Numbered from the stretch's first letter, positions 26,144 to 35,607 are shown. The stretch is 64,000 nt of DNA from Parcubacteria group bacterium (GCA_041659505.1 JBAZYF010000001.1:101475-165474); one strand, 5' to 3'. Numbers and translations are program-made. Notes: generated by a model from the letters alone, not told the origin.

Positions 26144-29100
26144 TTCTTTCAGATATTTCCCCGTCCAACTCTCTTTATCCCACTTCGCCACTTCTTCCGG
26201 TGTGCCGGAAACAATCACTTTGCCGCCTTCTTTCCCGCCTTCCGGACCCAGATCAATGATCCAATCGGCGGTTTTTATCACATCTAAATTGTGCTCGATT
26301 ACAATCACGGTGTTGCCCGCATCCACCAGACGATTAAGAATGCCCAACAATTTTTTGATATCATCGAAATGCAAGCCAGTCGTCGGTTCGTCGAGAATGT
26401 AAAGCGTGTCGCCTGTTGCACGACGAGAAAGTTCCGTGGAAAGTTTGATCCGTTGGGCTTCTCCGCCGGAGAGCGTCGTGGCTGATTGGCCGAGTTGAAT
26501 GTAGCCCAAGCCGACATCTTCCAAAACTTTGAGCTTGTCGGCGATATCATGAAAATTAGCAAAAAATTCGCGCGCTTCGGAGATAGTCAAGGCCAGCACA
26601 TCCGCAATATTTTTGTCACGGTATTTCACTTTCAGCGTTTCACTATTGTAGCGTTTTCCACCGCAAACATCGCAAGGCAGATAAACATCCGGCATAAATT
26701 GCATTTCGATCTTATTATATCCATCCCCCTGGCAATTATCACAGCGTCCGCCTTTGACATTGAAAGAAAAGCGTCCCGGCGAATAGCCTTTCGCTTTGGC
26801 GTCGCGCGTTTCGGCAAACAGTTCGCGAATGGCCGTGAATAGTCCCGTGTAGGTCGCGGGATTGGACCGTGGCGTGCGACCGATCGGCGATTGATCAATC
26901 ATAATTACTTTGTTGAGATAATGATCGCCGACAATTTCACTGTGCTTGCCTGGCCGTTCCAGAGAACGCATAATTTTGGCTGAAAGCGCTTTGTAGAGAA
27001 TATCTTCCACCAGCGTTGATTTTCCCGAACCGGACACTCCGGTCACGCAGGTCAAAACTTTGAGCGGAAACGACACAGTAATATTTTGCAAATTATGTTC
27101 GCGCGCTCCCCGCACCACGAGCGTTTTTTTGCTTTTGAGCGATCGACGATATGCCGGGGCTTCAATCGAAAGATCTCCCCGTAAATATTTGGCCGTCAGT
27201 GATTCTTCACTTTTCATCACTTCTAGAGGCGTTCCTTCGGCGACAATTTCTCCGCCGTGTTTTCCCGCGCCTGGCCCGATGTCCACGAGGTAGTCCGCGG
27301 CGCGCATCGTTTCTTCATCGTGCTCCACCACAATCAAGGTATTACCCACATCGCGCAGTTGCAAAAGCGTCGCAAGCAGTTTGGCGTTGTCCCGCGCATG
27401 CAGACCAATTGATGGCTCATCAAGGATATACAGCACGCCAACGAGCTGGGAGCCGATCTGTGAGGCTAGGCGGATGCGTTGTGATTCTCCACCGGCTAAA
27501 GTGTTAGCGGCGCGACCGAGCGAAAGATAGCCAAGGCCGACGTCTTGCAAAAATCCCAAGCGATTTTGAATTTCTTTCAAGATCCGGCTAGCGATCAACT
27601 CTTCACGTTTGGTGAAATTTATTTTTTGAAAAAAATCCAACGTTTCCCGCACACTGATGGTGGAAACTTCATGGATGTTTTTCCCGCCTGCAACGCTATG
27701 CTCTTCAGAACTAGTACTTTCCTTTATTTTTTTACTATAACCGTCAGAATTCTCCGTTCCACTTAACAGCGTAGCATTGCGGGCAGGATCGCCCACAGTC
27801 ACAAGTAAAGCTTCTTTTTTATAGCGCGAACCGAGACAAGTCGAACAGGGATTTTGGGACATATATTTCTCAATGTCTGTGCGCACGCCTTCCGAATCAG
27901 TCTTGAGATAGCGATCCTGCAAATAGCCCACCACTCCCCGCCAGTGCATATTATATTTCCAACTTGATCCGGTCTTGCTTCTCAAGGTCACAGGAATTTC
28001 ATCCCCGCCCGCATCGCTACGCGAAGCGTTGCGGGCGGGAGCGCCTTCCTCTAACGTTATATCCGTTATATCTGAAGTGCCATAGAGCAGGGTATTAAAA
28101 TCATCATCGGAAAGGTCGCGCAAACGCACATTATCCCGAATGTCATAAAAATTCGTCACTGCGCGCAAAATTGTTCCCTGCCAATTGTTTTTCTTATAAC
28201 TCCACGGCATAATTCCGCCTTCCGCGATCGTTTTGTTCATATCCGGCACAACCAGATCAGGATCAATCTCTTTTTTCACGCCCAACCCTTCACAGGATGG
28301 ACAAGCACCAAACGGACTATTGAAAGAAAACAGGCGCGGTTCCAATTCCGGAAAATCCACCTCATGCACCGGACAAGAAAAATTCTGATTGAAAATCATT
28401 TCGCCATCAAAACTAGGACCAGAGCTAAGCTCTCGGCTCCGAGAGCTTAGCTCTGGTTTCTCTAGTTTTTCGGATTTAAGTCCTCTTATGGTTTTTTTTG
28501 CTGTTTTATTTTTCCCATCTCCTGTCATCAATTTTATTTTCACAATTCCCTTAGACAATTTCAAGGCTTGTTCCACACCTTCAAAGATCCGCGAAATATT
28601 CTCGGAATTTATTTCTACCTTATCAACTAAGATATCAATATTGTGTTTTTTATAACGTTCTAATTTCACCCGTGTGCCGATCTTTTCATCCAGCGCATAT
28701 TTTTTTCCGTTGACAAAGGCGGTGGAGAAACCGCGCCGAAACATCTCCTCGAGAAGTGTCGAGTATTCCCCTTTGCGTTCCCGCACGATAGGAGAAAAAA
28801 TTTCAATCGCACAATCATCTTTTTTTGATTTTTTATCCTTACCTGTCGTGCAAATATTCAAAATCCGATCCACAATTTCATCTGTGGACAGTTTCACGAT
28901 TTCTCGGTTGCAAATCGGACAATGCGCCACACCGATTTTGGCATAAAGCAGACGCAGATAGTCGTGAATTTCCGTCACCGTTCCCACGGTTGAACGTGGA
29001 TTGTGTGAAGCGGCTTTTTGGTCAATCGAAATCGCGGGACTAAGCCCCTCGATTGAATCGACTTCCGGCTTTCCCATCTGACCCAAAAACTGGCGGGCAT

Positions 29101-29281
29101 AGCTCGACAGACTTTCCAGATATCGCCGTTGTCCCTCGGCAAAAATGGTATCAAAAGCCAGCGTACTCTTGCCTGAGCCGGAAATTCCGGTGAAAACAAT
29201 AAATTTATTCCGCGGTAGATCGAGATTGATATTCTTGAGATTGTGCTCTCTCGCTCCGCGAATGATTAATTCGTCTTGCAT
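26129..29281 (-). CDS. uvrA: UvrA paralog (UvrA2), 1050 aa. It is a complete two-module UvrA with several G+C-rich insertions.
   Basis: [65 protein letters not shown]... plus a second module [11 protein letters not shown] and the LSGGEAQR signature. It is ~110 aa longer than the copy at 19641-22448 because of three insert segments. Confidence 0.9.
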   Translation of the reverse strand: MQDELIIRGAREHNLKNINLDLPRNKFIVFTGISGSGKSTLAFDTIFAEGQRRYLESLSSYARQFLGQMGKPEVDSIEGLSPAISIDQKAASHNPRSTVGTVTEIHDYLRLLYAKIGVAHCPICNREIVKLSTDEIVDRILNICTTGKDKKSKKDDCAIEIFSPIVRERKGEYSTLLEEMFRRGFSTAFVNGKKYALDEKIGTRVKLERYKKHNIDILVDKVEINSENISRIFEGVEQALKLSKGIVKIKLMTGDGKNKTAKKTIRGLKSEKLEKPELSSRSRELSSGPSFDGEMIFNQNFSCPVHEVDFPELEPRLFSFNSPFGACPSCEGLGVKKEIDPDLVVPDMNKTIAEGGIMPWSYKKNNWQGTILRAVTNFYDIRDNVRLRDLSDDDFNTLLYGTSDITDITLEEGAPARNASRSDAGGDEIPVTLRSKTGSSWKYNMHWRGVVGYLQDRYLKTDSEGVRTDIEKYMSQNPCSTCLGSRYKKEALLVTVGDPARNATLLSGTENSDGYSKKIKESTSSEEHSVAGGKNIHEVSTISVRETLDFFQKINFTKREELIASRILKEIQNRLGFLQDVGLGYLSLGRAANTLAGGESQRIRLASQIGSQLVGVLYILDEPSIGLHARDNAKLLATLLQLRDVGNTLIVVEHDEETMRAADYLVDIGPGAGKHGGEIVAEGTPLEVMKSEESLTAKYLRGDLSIEAPAYRRSLKSKKTLVVRGAREHNLQNITVSFPLKVLTCVTGVSGSGKSTLVEDILYKALSAKIMRSLERPGKHSEIVGDHYLNKVIMIDQSPIGRTPRSNPATYTGLFTAIRELFAETRDAKAKGYSPGRFSFNVKGGRCDNCQGDGYNKIEMQFMPDVYLPCDVCGGKRYNSETLKVKYRDKNIADVLALTISEAREFFANFHDIADKLKVLEDVGLGYIQLGQSATTLSGGEAQRIKLSTELSRRATGDTLYILDEPTTGLHFDDIKKLLGILNRLVDAGNTVIVIEHNLDVIKTADWIIDLGPEGGKEGGKVIVSGTPEEVAKWDKESWTGKYLKECLNH
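28419..28456. repeat. Perfect 38 bp palindrome CCAGAGCTAAGCTCTCGG|CTCCGAGAGCTTAGCTCTGG, inserted in frame in uvrA2.
   Basis: Read directly. It encodes KPELSSRSRELSSGP within a uvrA2-specific insert. Related GC-rich palindromes (CCCGCCCGC...GCGGGCGGG at ~28004-28046 and ~27770-27800) lie in two further inserts, both of which encode PARNA motifs. Confidence 0.7.
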
Positions 29282-29335
29282 AATATATAAAAAGTGTGAT
29301 GTGTTTAAATTTAGTATACTCTAGTTTACAGCTCT

Positions 29336-29354
29336 TTGAGTTTTCCTGCAAGCG
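29336..29354. repeat. 19 bp direct repeat TTTGAGTTTTCCTGCAAGC (copy 1). It is followed by two hairpins at 29374-29425.
   Basis: An identical 19-mer recurs at 30285-30303. The pair brackets the single gene 29411-30157. Confidence 0.7.
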
Positions 29355-29410
29355 AACTGTCCCTAAAATATTACGAGCCGGTACAAATGAGTTTGCACCG
29401 GCTCGCTTCC

Positions 29411-30157
29411 CTATTTAGGGATGTTGAAAGCTGTTTTTTTGAAAACCAGTCCGAAGAGCTGGCCACCACGCAAGGCTCGCTTGCTTATTTTTGCCTGATC
29501 AACAGAAAGAATCTCACTGAGATATCCCTCCCCATCGTCCCGTGGCAATACCACGCTTAGAATCTGAATAATCCAGAAATTTCCATCGGCATCTTGCAAT
29601 AAAGAGTTGTTAATATCGCAGACCCGACTTAAAGATATCGTGGTTAAATCAGCGACATAACAATAGTTGTAGATCGCCGAGGAATCCTGTGGCAAAAGGT
29701 CTTGATCCAAAATCCCTAGCTGAAGAAATTCCGATTTTTTGACTTGCCCGAATGCAAATAAATAACAGGCCGGACTAGTGATCACACCTCTCAGCGAGAA
29801 ACTGACCGGTTTGTCCTTATAAAGGGCATATATCCCTCTCGGCAGGACATTAGAATCGTGCAGTGCCCAGGCATAAGACCCATTGGCATATTTGAAATGG
29901 CATAATGTTCCTAGTCCTTCATTAAATACTAGCTCCATTTCAGAAGGGACGGTAAAAAATGACCATCCGCTAGACTGATAAAACGGGGACTCCAAAAAGA
30001 CCTGGTTCAGAATTGACATCGTTTCAACCACTATCCTTTTCTGATGGATTATTTCCTTTCCATTAAAAAAGTACAGAGCTCTCTGCTCACTTGCAAATGC
30101 TAACAAAGAACTTGATAACAAAACAATCATTACCATTAAACACAACCCTCTTTTCAT
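29411..30157 (-). CDS. Secreted hypothetical protein (248 aa) with an N-terminal signal peptide.
   Basis: MKRGLCLMVMIVLLSSSLLAFASEQ... No recognisable domain. It is flanked by the 19 bp direct repeats. Confidence 0.55.
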   Translation of the reverse strand: MKRGLCLMVMIVLLSSSLLAFASEQRALYFFNGKEIIHQKRIVVETMSILNQVFLESPFYQSSGWSFFTVPSEMELVFNEGLGTLCHFKYANGSYAWALHDSNVLPRGIYALYKDKPVSFSLRGVITSPACYLFAFGQVKKSEFLQLGILDQDLLPQDSSAIYNYCYVADLTTISLSRVCDINNSLLQDADGNFWIIQILSVVLPRDDGEGYLSEILSVDQAKISKRALRGGQLFGLVFKKTAFNIPK

Positions 30158-30284
30158 AAGACACCTCCTTGTGTGGTTTGTTGAAAAAATAATTGGTTAT
30201 CCTTATGTTTACACCAAAGAACAGCTTAGTCAAATAGCTCCTCAGTATAGGCTAAGATTTGAAACACTACATGGCTTGAAACTT

Positions 30285-30303
30285 TTTGAGTTTTCCTGCA
30301 AGC
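30285..30303. repeat. 19 bp direct repeat TTTGAGTTTTCCTGCAAGC (copy 2).
   Basis: Exact match to 29336-29354. Confidence 0.7.
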
Positions 30304-30389
30304 CAAAATCTTAGAAAAAAATTCAAGCCAGCTTTTAATAGAACAAAGCTGGCTTTTTTAGGCAGAGACATTGCACTGCACTTCTGGAG

Positions 30390-30575
30390 TTAATAGAAAA
30401 TGGCCATATCCCCTGGCTTGAGAGAAATGCCTTTTTCCACTCCCTTATTAAGATCGAATGAGGCAGATCCAAGTTCAACCATCTCCGAGTTTGCAATTGA
30501 GGCTGGATCATACATATACACTTTCTCGATGAACTCACCGAGAGTTCTTGAGTCTACAACTGGAAATTCTGGCAT
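30390..30575 (-). CDS. Small hypothetical protein (61 aa) with a strong Shine-Dalgarno (AAGGAGGaatcatATG).
   Basis: MPEFPVVDSRTLGEFIEKVYMYDPASIANSEMVELGSASFDLNKGVEKGISLKPGDMAIFY. The longer track ORF (to 30692) has no RBS and is rejected. The gene overlaps the upstream gene's 3' end by 36 nt. Confidence 0.5.
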   Translation of the reverse strand: MPEFPVVDSRTLGEFIEKVYMYDPASIANSEMVELGSASFDLNKGVEKGISLKPGDMAIFY

Positions 30576-30609
30576 ATGATTCCTCCTTTTAAAAAAGATT
30601 AAAAAAAAA

Positions 30610-31188
30610 TTAAGCAACGAACACTCTTCTGTAGCAGGCACGATCATTCTTACGAATTGGATCATGAAGCCCAATGCGCATCTGGCCATCACAAATCAAT
30701 GAGGTTACCCACCCTATACCAGGAATGCTGTCATCATTGAAACGTGACCCAGCGCAAAAAGCGATACGATTATGATCCAGTTGAAGTCCAGTTTCGTCGA
30801 AAAATTTGAGCGCATGGATCATTCCCTCAGTCAACGTTGCAGTCAAAACTCCAACCATTGAGACTTCCTTGGGAGACAATCCTCCCAAATCATCATCCGG
30901 CTCATCTCGCATAAGAATTGCATATGATCCGTTTTGCGCATGTCGATCGCTTTTCGCGACAAGTCGGTCTAGTTTTTTTTGCTCTGGAAGCCATAGATTG
31001 AATAGCTTTACAAATTTGTCGCGGAGTTGCTCGAAAGGAACATCTGCCATGACTATGTGTCTATAGCCGACTTTACTCTCAGGCATTTTAACATTAGAAA
31101 AATCACAATACATGTCAAAATGCCTCTTGTAAAAAGACTGTAAATCTTTGATGGCTTCCATGCAAGATTTTTCTGGTAATATTGGCAT
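30610..31188 (-). CDS. Hypothetical protein (193 aa) with a strong Shine-Dalgarno (AAGGAGGagactggtcATG).
   Basis: MPILPEKSCMEAIKDLQSFYKRHFDMYCDF... I recognise no family. It lies immediately downstream of the LexA-like repressor on the same strand. Confidence 0.5.
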   Translation of the reverse strand: MPILPEKSCMEAIKDLQSFYKRHFDMYCDFSNVKMPESKVGYRHIVMADVPFEQLRDKFVKLFNLWLPEQKKLDRLVAKSDRHAQNGSYAILMRDEPDDDLGGLSPKEVSMVGVLTATLTEGMIHALKFFDETGLQLDHNRIAFCAGSRFNDDSIPGIGWVTSLICDGQMRIGLHDPIRKNDRACYRRVFVA

Positions 31189-31303
31189 GACCAGTCTCCT
31201 CCTTACGTTCAAAAATGTTAAAGAGCCAAACTCTCCGTTAAATATAGCTACCGCTATAATAAACCAATTTATTACAATAAACCAGCGTTGTCAACCCCAA
31301 AAC

Positions 31304-31963
31304 CTAAAGGCTCACATATTTCACCGGCAAAACTTTTCGGAAAATGCCGGCAAAAATGAAGGAGTCGGATTTGTGGATAAAGATCGGCTGGTGGATCGGG
31401 TTGGTCGATTTGGGAAAAAGGCCGATCACGTCTTCACTGACTTTTTTGTAGCGTTTGATGGTGGCCATGCCGTTCACCACTGCCACGACAATCTTACCTT
31501 CCAATTCTTCCTGGTGTTCATATTTCTCAAAAATGACGTAGTCGCCATCGTTGATTTTTTCCTTGTCCATCGAATCGCCCAAGGCCTTCACGGCAAAAAG
31601 CAAAGACTCATCTTTGTCACGAAAAAGCGCTTTGGAAATTTGCAAAAAGCCGTCGACATTGTCCTGCGCATAAGCCAGCGCTTCTCCGCAAGATGCCAAG
31701 CCATAGACCGGCACAGAGAAAATATTTTTAAAATTAGTATAATTCTTGTTTTCCACCAGATAGATTTTCTTGTTCTTATCACGCTTGATTAGATCCTTTT
31801 TTTCGAGTGATTCAATCACTTGCATTACCGATTTCAAACTATCCTTCACACCTTGCGACTCCAAAAATTTTTGCAACCGATAGCTGGTGGGATTAGCTTT
31901 CCCCTGGTCGATCAGCTCTCGGATCGATTCCAGGATGTTTTGTTGTTTGGCTGTTAGGATCAT
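31304..31963 (-). CDS. lexA: LexA-like repressor (N-terminal wHTH plus S24 peptidase domain with Ser/Lys dyad).
   Basis: 219 aa. The N-terminus MILTAKQQNILESIRELIDQG is wHTH-like. It has the self-cleavage region VYGLASCGEA, the catalytic GDSM, and the Lys in ATIKRYKK. This matches the LexA/CI/UmuD S24 family. Confidence 0.75.
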   Translation of the reverse strand: MILTAKQQNILESIRELIDQGKANPTSYRLQKFLESQGVKDSLKSVMQVIESLEKKDLIKRDKNKKIYLVENKNYTNFKNIFSVPVYGLASCGEALAYAQDNVDGFLQISKALFRDKDESLLFAVKALGDSMDKEKINDGDYVIFEKYEHQEELEGKIVVAVVNGMATIKRYKKVSEDVIGLFPKSTNPIHQPIFIHKSDSFIFAGIFRKVLPVKYVSL

Positions 31964-32029
31964 AGTTTTATTTTGGTTTTTACGCGTCTAAATTTTAGTA
32001 AACACGTAAATCCTCTTTTTTTAATAATT

Positions 32030-32064
32030 ACAGTGTTATTTTAACATTGATAGTCTAACACTGT
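32030..32064. promoter_or_regulatory. Candidate operator upstream of the lexA-like gene: ACAGTGTTA-N17-TAACACTGT, with an inner 13 bp palindrome TGTTATTTTAACA (32034-32046).
   Basis: The inverted repeats were read directly. They lie 70-100 nt upstream of the repressor start at 31963. Assignment as an operator is inference. Confidence 0.3.
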
Positions 32065-32084
32065 CAAGTGCCCCTATTTACACT

Positions 32085-32112
32085 AAAAAAGCCCCGAATA
32101 ATCGGGGCTTTT
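32085..32112 (-). terminator. Rho-independent terminator (GCCCCG-AATAAT-CGGGGC plus a T run on the minus strand) after the DsbA-like gene.
   Basis: AAAAAAGCCCCGAATAATCGGGGCTTTT. The A run on + equals a T run on the minus strand, downstream of the stop at 32134. Confidence 0.6.
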
Positions 32113-32133
32113 GGCACTAATAAATTCTCAGGC

Positions 32134-33210
32134 TTAATTTCCGCAAGCAGCACCAGAGGCACTAGCAGCGGCAGGAGCAGTGCCCTCACCAAATCCCGGT
32201 GCGGGAGCAGCAGAGGAAAGTGTTGTCGAACATTCTTTCGGTTCAGTCTTAAATCCAGAGCAAATAGTTTTCAAAAGACTTGTAGCATCTCTTCCAGCTG
32301 AAGCAGCCTCCACCCCGTTAATTACGAGTGTTGGAGAACCTTTCACGCCATATTTTTCATTATCCGCCTTGTTCACATTGAACGGCGGGTATGATCCTTG
32401 GTAAGTACTCTTATCCTCATAATTTTTCGTCACGTCAAATTGAGTATCCGCTTGCGTCATGCAGGTTTTCACTGTTGCCGCAGCGACACCGGCTGTTTGC
32501 ATACAACTATCCTCTGTACCTTGCCCAACCTTGAGAAAACAAGTCAGGTAAGCACTTAATTTTGCCGGCTGATTTTTTTGGATGCAATATTGTCTCAAAT
32601 TTTCATCCAATTCTTTTTTGTCATGCATCGCGTAGTTGACAAATTTCAGAGTATAGTTAATTTTTGTTCCAAGAGCAGTGAGTACTGGCAGGATGCCTTT
32701 TTCAATCTGTGTTCCATATGGGCAATAACTCATCACGAACAGTTCCACAACCGGCTTGTCAGTTTTAGGAATTTCTGCCACAGGCTTGGTTTCTCCCGGT
32801 GTTTGCTCAGCAGCCATTTTTTGCTCTGTTTCCGCGATATCCATCACGCTAGGAAAAAACTTTGATCCGTCAGTTGATAGATAGGAAGTAATTTCTTGCT
32901 TTTGCGCTCCTTCGCCGATTGAAACCATCACTTTAAACATTCCGTTTTCCTTGGCCACTGACGTGATGTCGGCTTTCGCTCCACCTTGCATCAAATTGTT
33001 GTTGATGAAATCTGCCACTTTTGCCTTCGCCTGGCTTTCCGTCAAATTGTGTTTACTCCAAACTAGCTTATAGTAACCATAACCACCAAGCGCAACAACC
33101 AAAAGGATGATTGCAATAATCTTGGGCAAATGTTTTTTATATTTCTCGCAACCGCAAGTCCCCTTCTCGCAGCAGTCCGCATCCATGGACTCTTTCTTTT
33201 CTTCTTCCAT
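32134..33210 (-). CDS. Membrane-anchored thioredoxin-fold thiol-disulfide oxidoreductase (DsbA-like, CPYG active site).
   Basis: A TM segment IIAIILLVVALGGYGYY, then ...VMSYCPYGTQ... and a C-terminal Cys-rich region. Confidence 0.6.
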   Translation of the reverse strand: MEEEKKESMDADCCEKGTCGCEKYKKHLPKIIAIILLVVALGGYGYYKLVWSKHNLTESQAKAKVADFINNNLMQGGAKADITSVAKENGMFKVMVSIGEGAQKQEITSYLSTDGSKFFPSVMDIAETEQKMAAEQTPGETKPVAEIPKTDKPVVELFVMSYCPYGTQIEKGILPVLTALGTKINYTLKFVNYAMHDKKELDENLRQYCIQKNQPAKLSAYLTCFLKVGQGTEDSCMQTAGVAAATVKTCMTQADTQFDVTKNYEDKSTYQGSYPPFNVNKADNEKYGVKGSPTLVINGVEAASAGRDATSLLKTICSGFKTEPKECSTTLSSAAPAPGFGEGTAPAAASASGAACGN

Positions 33211-33357
33211 AATTTATTTTGAATTATTTATTAGATTACCGGTGATTGCCGATACTTTTGCTATTATAACCAATCAGCGAATTTCGTGCAAGCGCTCATT
33301 TTTAGCATCCGCATCCAAAATTTTATCCAGATCTTTGATAAATTAATTACTCCACGC

Positions 33358-33861
33358 CTAAGGCAACAGCGACTCAATATATTTTTTCATATTCGATACA
33401 AACTCTTCCGGTCGCTCTTGTGCATGTTTTCTCAATTCTTCTGGCGAAATCCAAGCCACCGCCTCAACTTCATCTTCTTGCAACACAAATTCATCGGCTT
33501 TTTTATCAATAGTCAGCATAAACCATTGAGTGAAATGGTAGCTCCCGTCAATTTTTGTTTTTGGTCCAAGTTCTGGTTTAATATTTTTTAGTCCCAATTC
33601 TTCTTCGGCTTCTTTGATTATATTATCCAAATAAGTTTCCCCTTTCTCGACTGTTCCCGCAACCGCAGGTCCCCACATCCCTGGATGATGCGCCTTAGAA
33701 TGATGCCGCTTCGCCAAAAGAATTTCACCACGAGAATTAGTTATCCATAAAGCCGAGACGCGATAAATGTTTTTCTTTTTGAAAGCGCCTCTCTCTTCAT
33801 GCCCAATAATTTCATCATTTTCATCAACGATGATTATTTTTTGTTTGGCTGGTTCGGTCAT
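33358..33861 (-). CDS. NUDIX hydrolase.
   Basis: NUDIX box GTVEKGETYLDNIIKEAEEELGL (Gx5Ex7REUxEExGU). Confidence 0.8.
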   Translation of the reverse strand: MTEPAKQKIIIVDENDEIIGHEERGAFKKKNIYRVSALWITNSRGEILLAKRHHSKAHHPGMWGPAVAGTVEKGETYLDNIIKEAEEELGLKNIKPELGPKTKIDGSYHFTQWFMLTIDKKADEFVLQEDEVEAVAWISPEELRKHAQERPEEFVSNMKKYIESLLP

Positions 33862-33884
33862 AGTAAGTACTTATTCTTTTTATA

Positions 33885-35126
33885 CTAAATTTTTCTGAAA
33901 CAATCAATTATTTCAATCTTTTCTATTTTTTTCAGTTGTCCAATTGTAACAACATAGCCAACGAGAAGTTTATTCTTTTCCACAAAACGCTTGACTGCAG
34001 AGATATCCTTTGCGCTGGTGTTTTTTTTGAATTTAATCTCTATTGGGATAAGCGCGGGAGCCGCGTCAAGCAAGATATCAATTTCTTCCCCACTTTTTGT
34101 GCGATAATATTTAATCGTTTCTGGATCCACTCCTTTTTTAATCAGCTCGGAAACATAAAATCCTTCAAAGAGAAATCCCGCGTCAGAACGCGCGTCAACT
34201 GAAGAAAAATTTCCCAAAAAATAATTTCGCACGCCATTATCAAGAAAATAAATTTTGGGCATTTTAGAAATTTCCTTGTTTTTGTTGGTAAAATATGGAC
34301 GCAGAATTGAAATAATATATGTCTCTTGCAAAATAGCCAAATAATTTTGCACGGTTTCTGTGCTTATCTCCGCTGCCGCTCCATACTTGGCATAGTTCGC
34401 CGTCTGCCCATGATTGATGGCTAAAATTTTCATGAGCTGACTGGCATTTCTTAACTTTTCCATTCTGACATATTCGGCAAAATCCTTTTTAATATAGAGA
34501 TCAAAAATGGAACGCAGTGCCTCTTTTTTTTCTTCAATAGTTTTGGACAAAACGACATCCGGATATCCACCAAAGACTAAAAATTCTTCCAGCAAAGCAT
34601 AGGCTTCGCGCATTGGAGAGAAGTAGTCTCCCGTTTGTACTTTTGGGAGTTGGTTTATTTTTGCAATAAGCTCAGACCTATCCTTAAAGTACAAAAATTC
34701 CTCAAAACTCAGTGGATAGACATGGGTGATTATTTTTCGTCCTGCCAAACTTTCTTGAATTGAATTTTTTATTTCCAATGATGATGATCCGGTAGCATAT
34801 ATTTTAATATTACTGTGGTGATCGTGGACGGATTTTATCACTCGCGATAAATCAACGTAACGTTGGAATTCATCCAAAAAAACATAGAAGAAATTTTTCT
34901 GTTTTTCCTCATAACCGTTTGTCTTGAAAGTGGCGATAGCTTTTTCGTAGGTCGCTACTTGCTCATAATCTGAAAAAATATCCACATCAAAAAAAATTCC
35001 TCCCAACTGTCGGTGCAGTTCTTTCAGAATTGTCGTTTTCCCCACTTGCCGGGGTCCAATGATAATTGAAGCCTTTTGGGAATTCTGTTGACCCAATATT
35101 TTACTGAAAACAAGCCTTTTTTTCAT
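33885..35126 (-). CDS. AAA+ superfamily ATPase (COG1373/DUF4143 type), second paralog.
   Basis: Walker A GPRQVGKTT, Walker B FLDEFQ, and YATGSSS. The start is taken at MKKRLVFSK. The ORF is open to 35204. Confidence 0.75.
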   Translation of the reverse strand: MKKRLVFSKILGQQNSQKASIIIGPRQVGKTTILKELHRQLGGIFFDVDIFSDYEQVATYEKAIATFKTNGYEEKQKNFFYVFLDEFQRYVDLSRVIKSVHDHHSNIKIYATGSSSLEIKNSIQESLAGRKIITHVYPLSFEEFLYFKDRSELIAKINQLPKVQTGDYFSPMREAYALLEEFLVFGGYPDVVLSKTIEEKKEALRSIFDLYIKKDFAEYVRMEKLRNASQLMKILAINHGQTANYAKYGAAAEISTETVQNYLAILQETYIISILRPYFTNKNKEISKMPKIYFLDNGVRNYFLGNFSSVDARSDAGFLFEGFYVSELIKKGVDPETIKYYRTKSGEEIDILLDAAPALIPIEIKFKKNTSAKDISAVKRFVEKNKLLVGYVVTIGQLKKIEKIEIIDCFRKI

Positions 35127-35190
35127 ATTTTTTACTAAAATAAGGTTATACCTGCTTTTAGTATATACTTTTATCTGGCATACGTCAAGT

Positions 35191-35607
35191 TTAGTATAAA
35201 TCATCTTCCGTCAAAACTTCAATGCCATTTTTCTTGAGCAGTTTTGTCATCACTCCGTCACCCTCAATCATAACGCCGGAAAAAGTGCCGTCATAAATTT
35301 TTCCACATCCACAGGATGGACTTTTTTGCTTCAAAATGGCAGTTGTAATTCCTCTGGCTTTAGCAATCTTCAAAACCTGCTCGGCACCGATTTTGAAATT
35401 AGCCGTCACATCAACCCCGCTTTTTGTGAAAACCCGATCGCCTCTTATCTCAGTTTGCTCCCGCGGAGTCAAAAGCCCCCTCAACTGCTCAGGACAAACC
35501 GGAACCAAAGTTTCTTTTTTAGCCAAAGCCAAAACTTTTTCATTGGCCTTATCACTGCCATCGTAACGACATTTTATACCCAAAAGGCATGCGCTGCAAA
35601 GTTTCAT
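35191..35607 (-). CDS. DUF523 family protein (TudS-like, Cys-rich).
   Basis: MKLCSACLLGIKCRYDG...VPVCPEQLGG...KSPSCGCG is the DUF523 pattern. Confidence 0.65.
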   Translation of the reverse strand: MKLCSACLLGIKCRYDGSDKANEKVLALAKKETLVPVCPEQLRGLLTPREQTEIRGDRVFTKSGVDVTANFKIGAEQVLKIAKARGITTAILKQKSPSCGCGKIYDGTFSGVMIEGDGVMTKLLKKNGIEVLTEDDLY

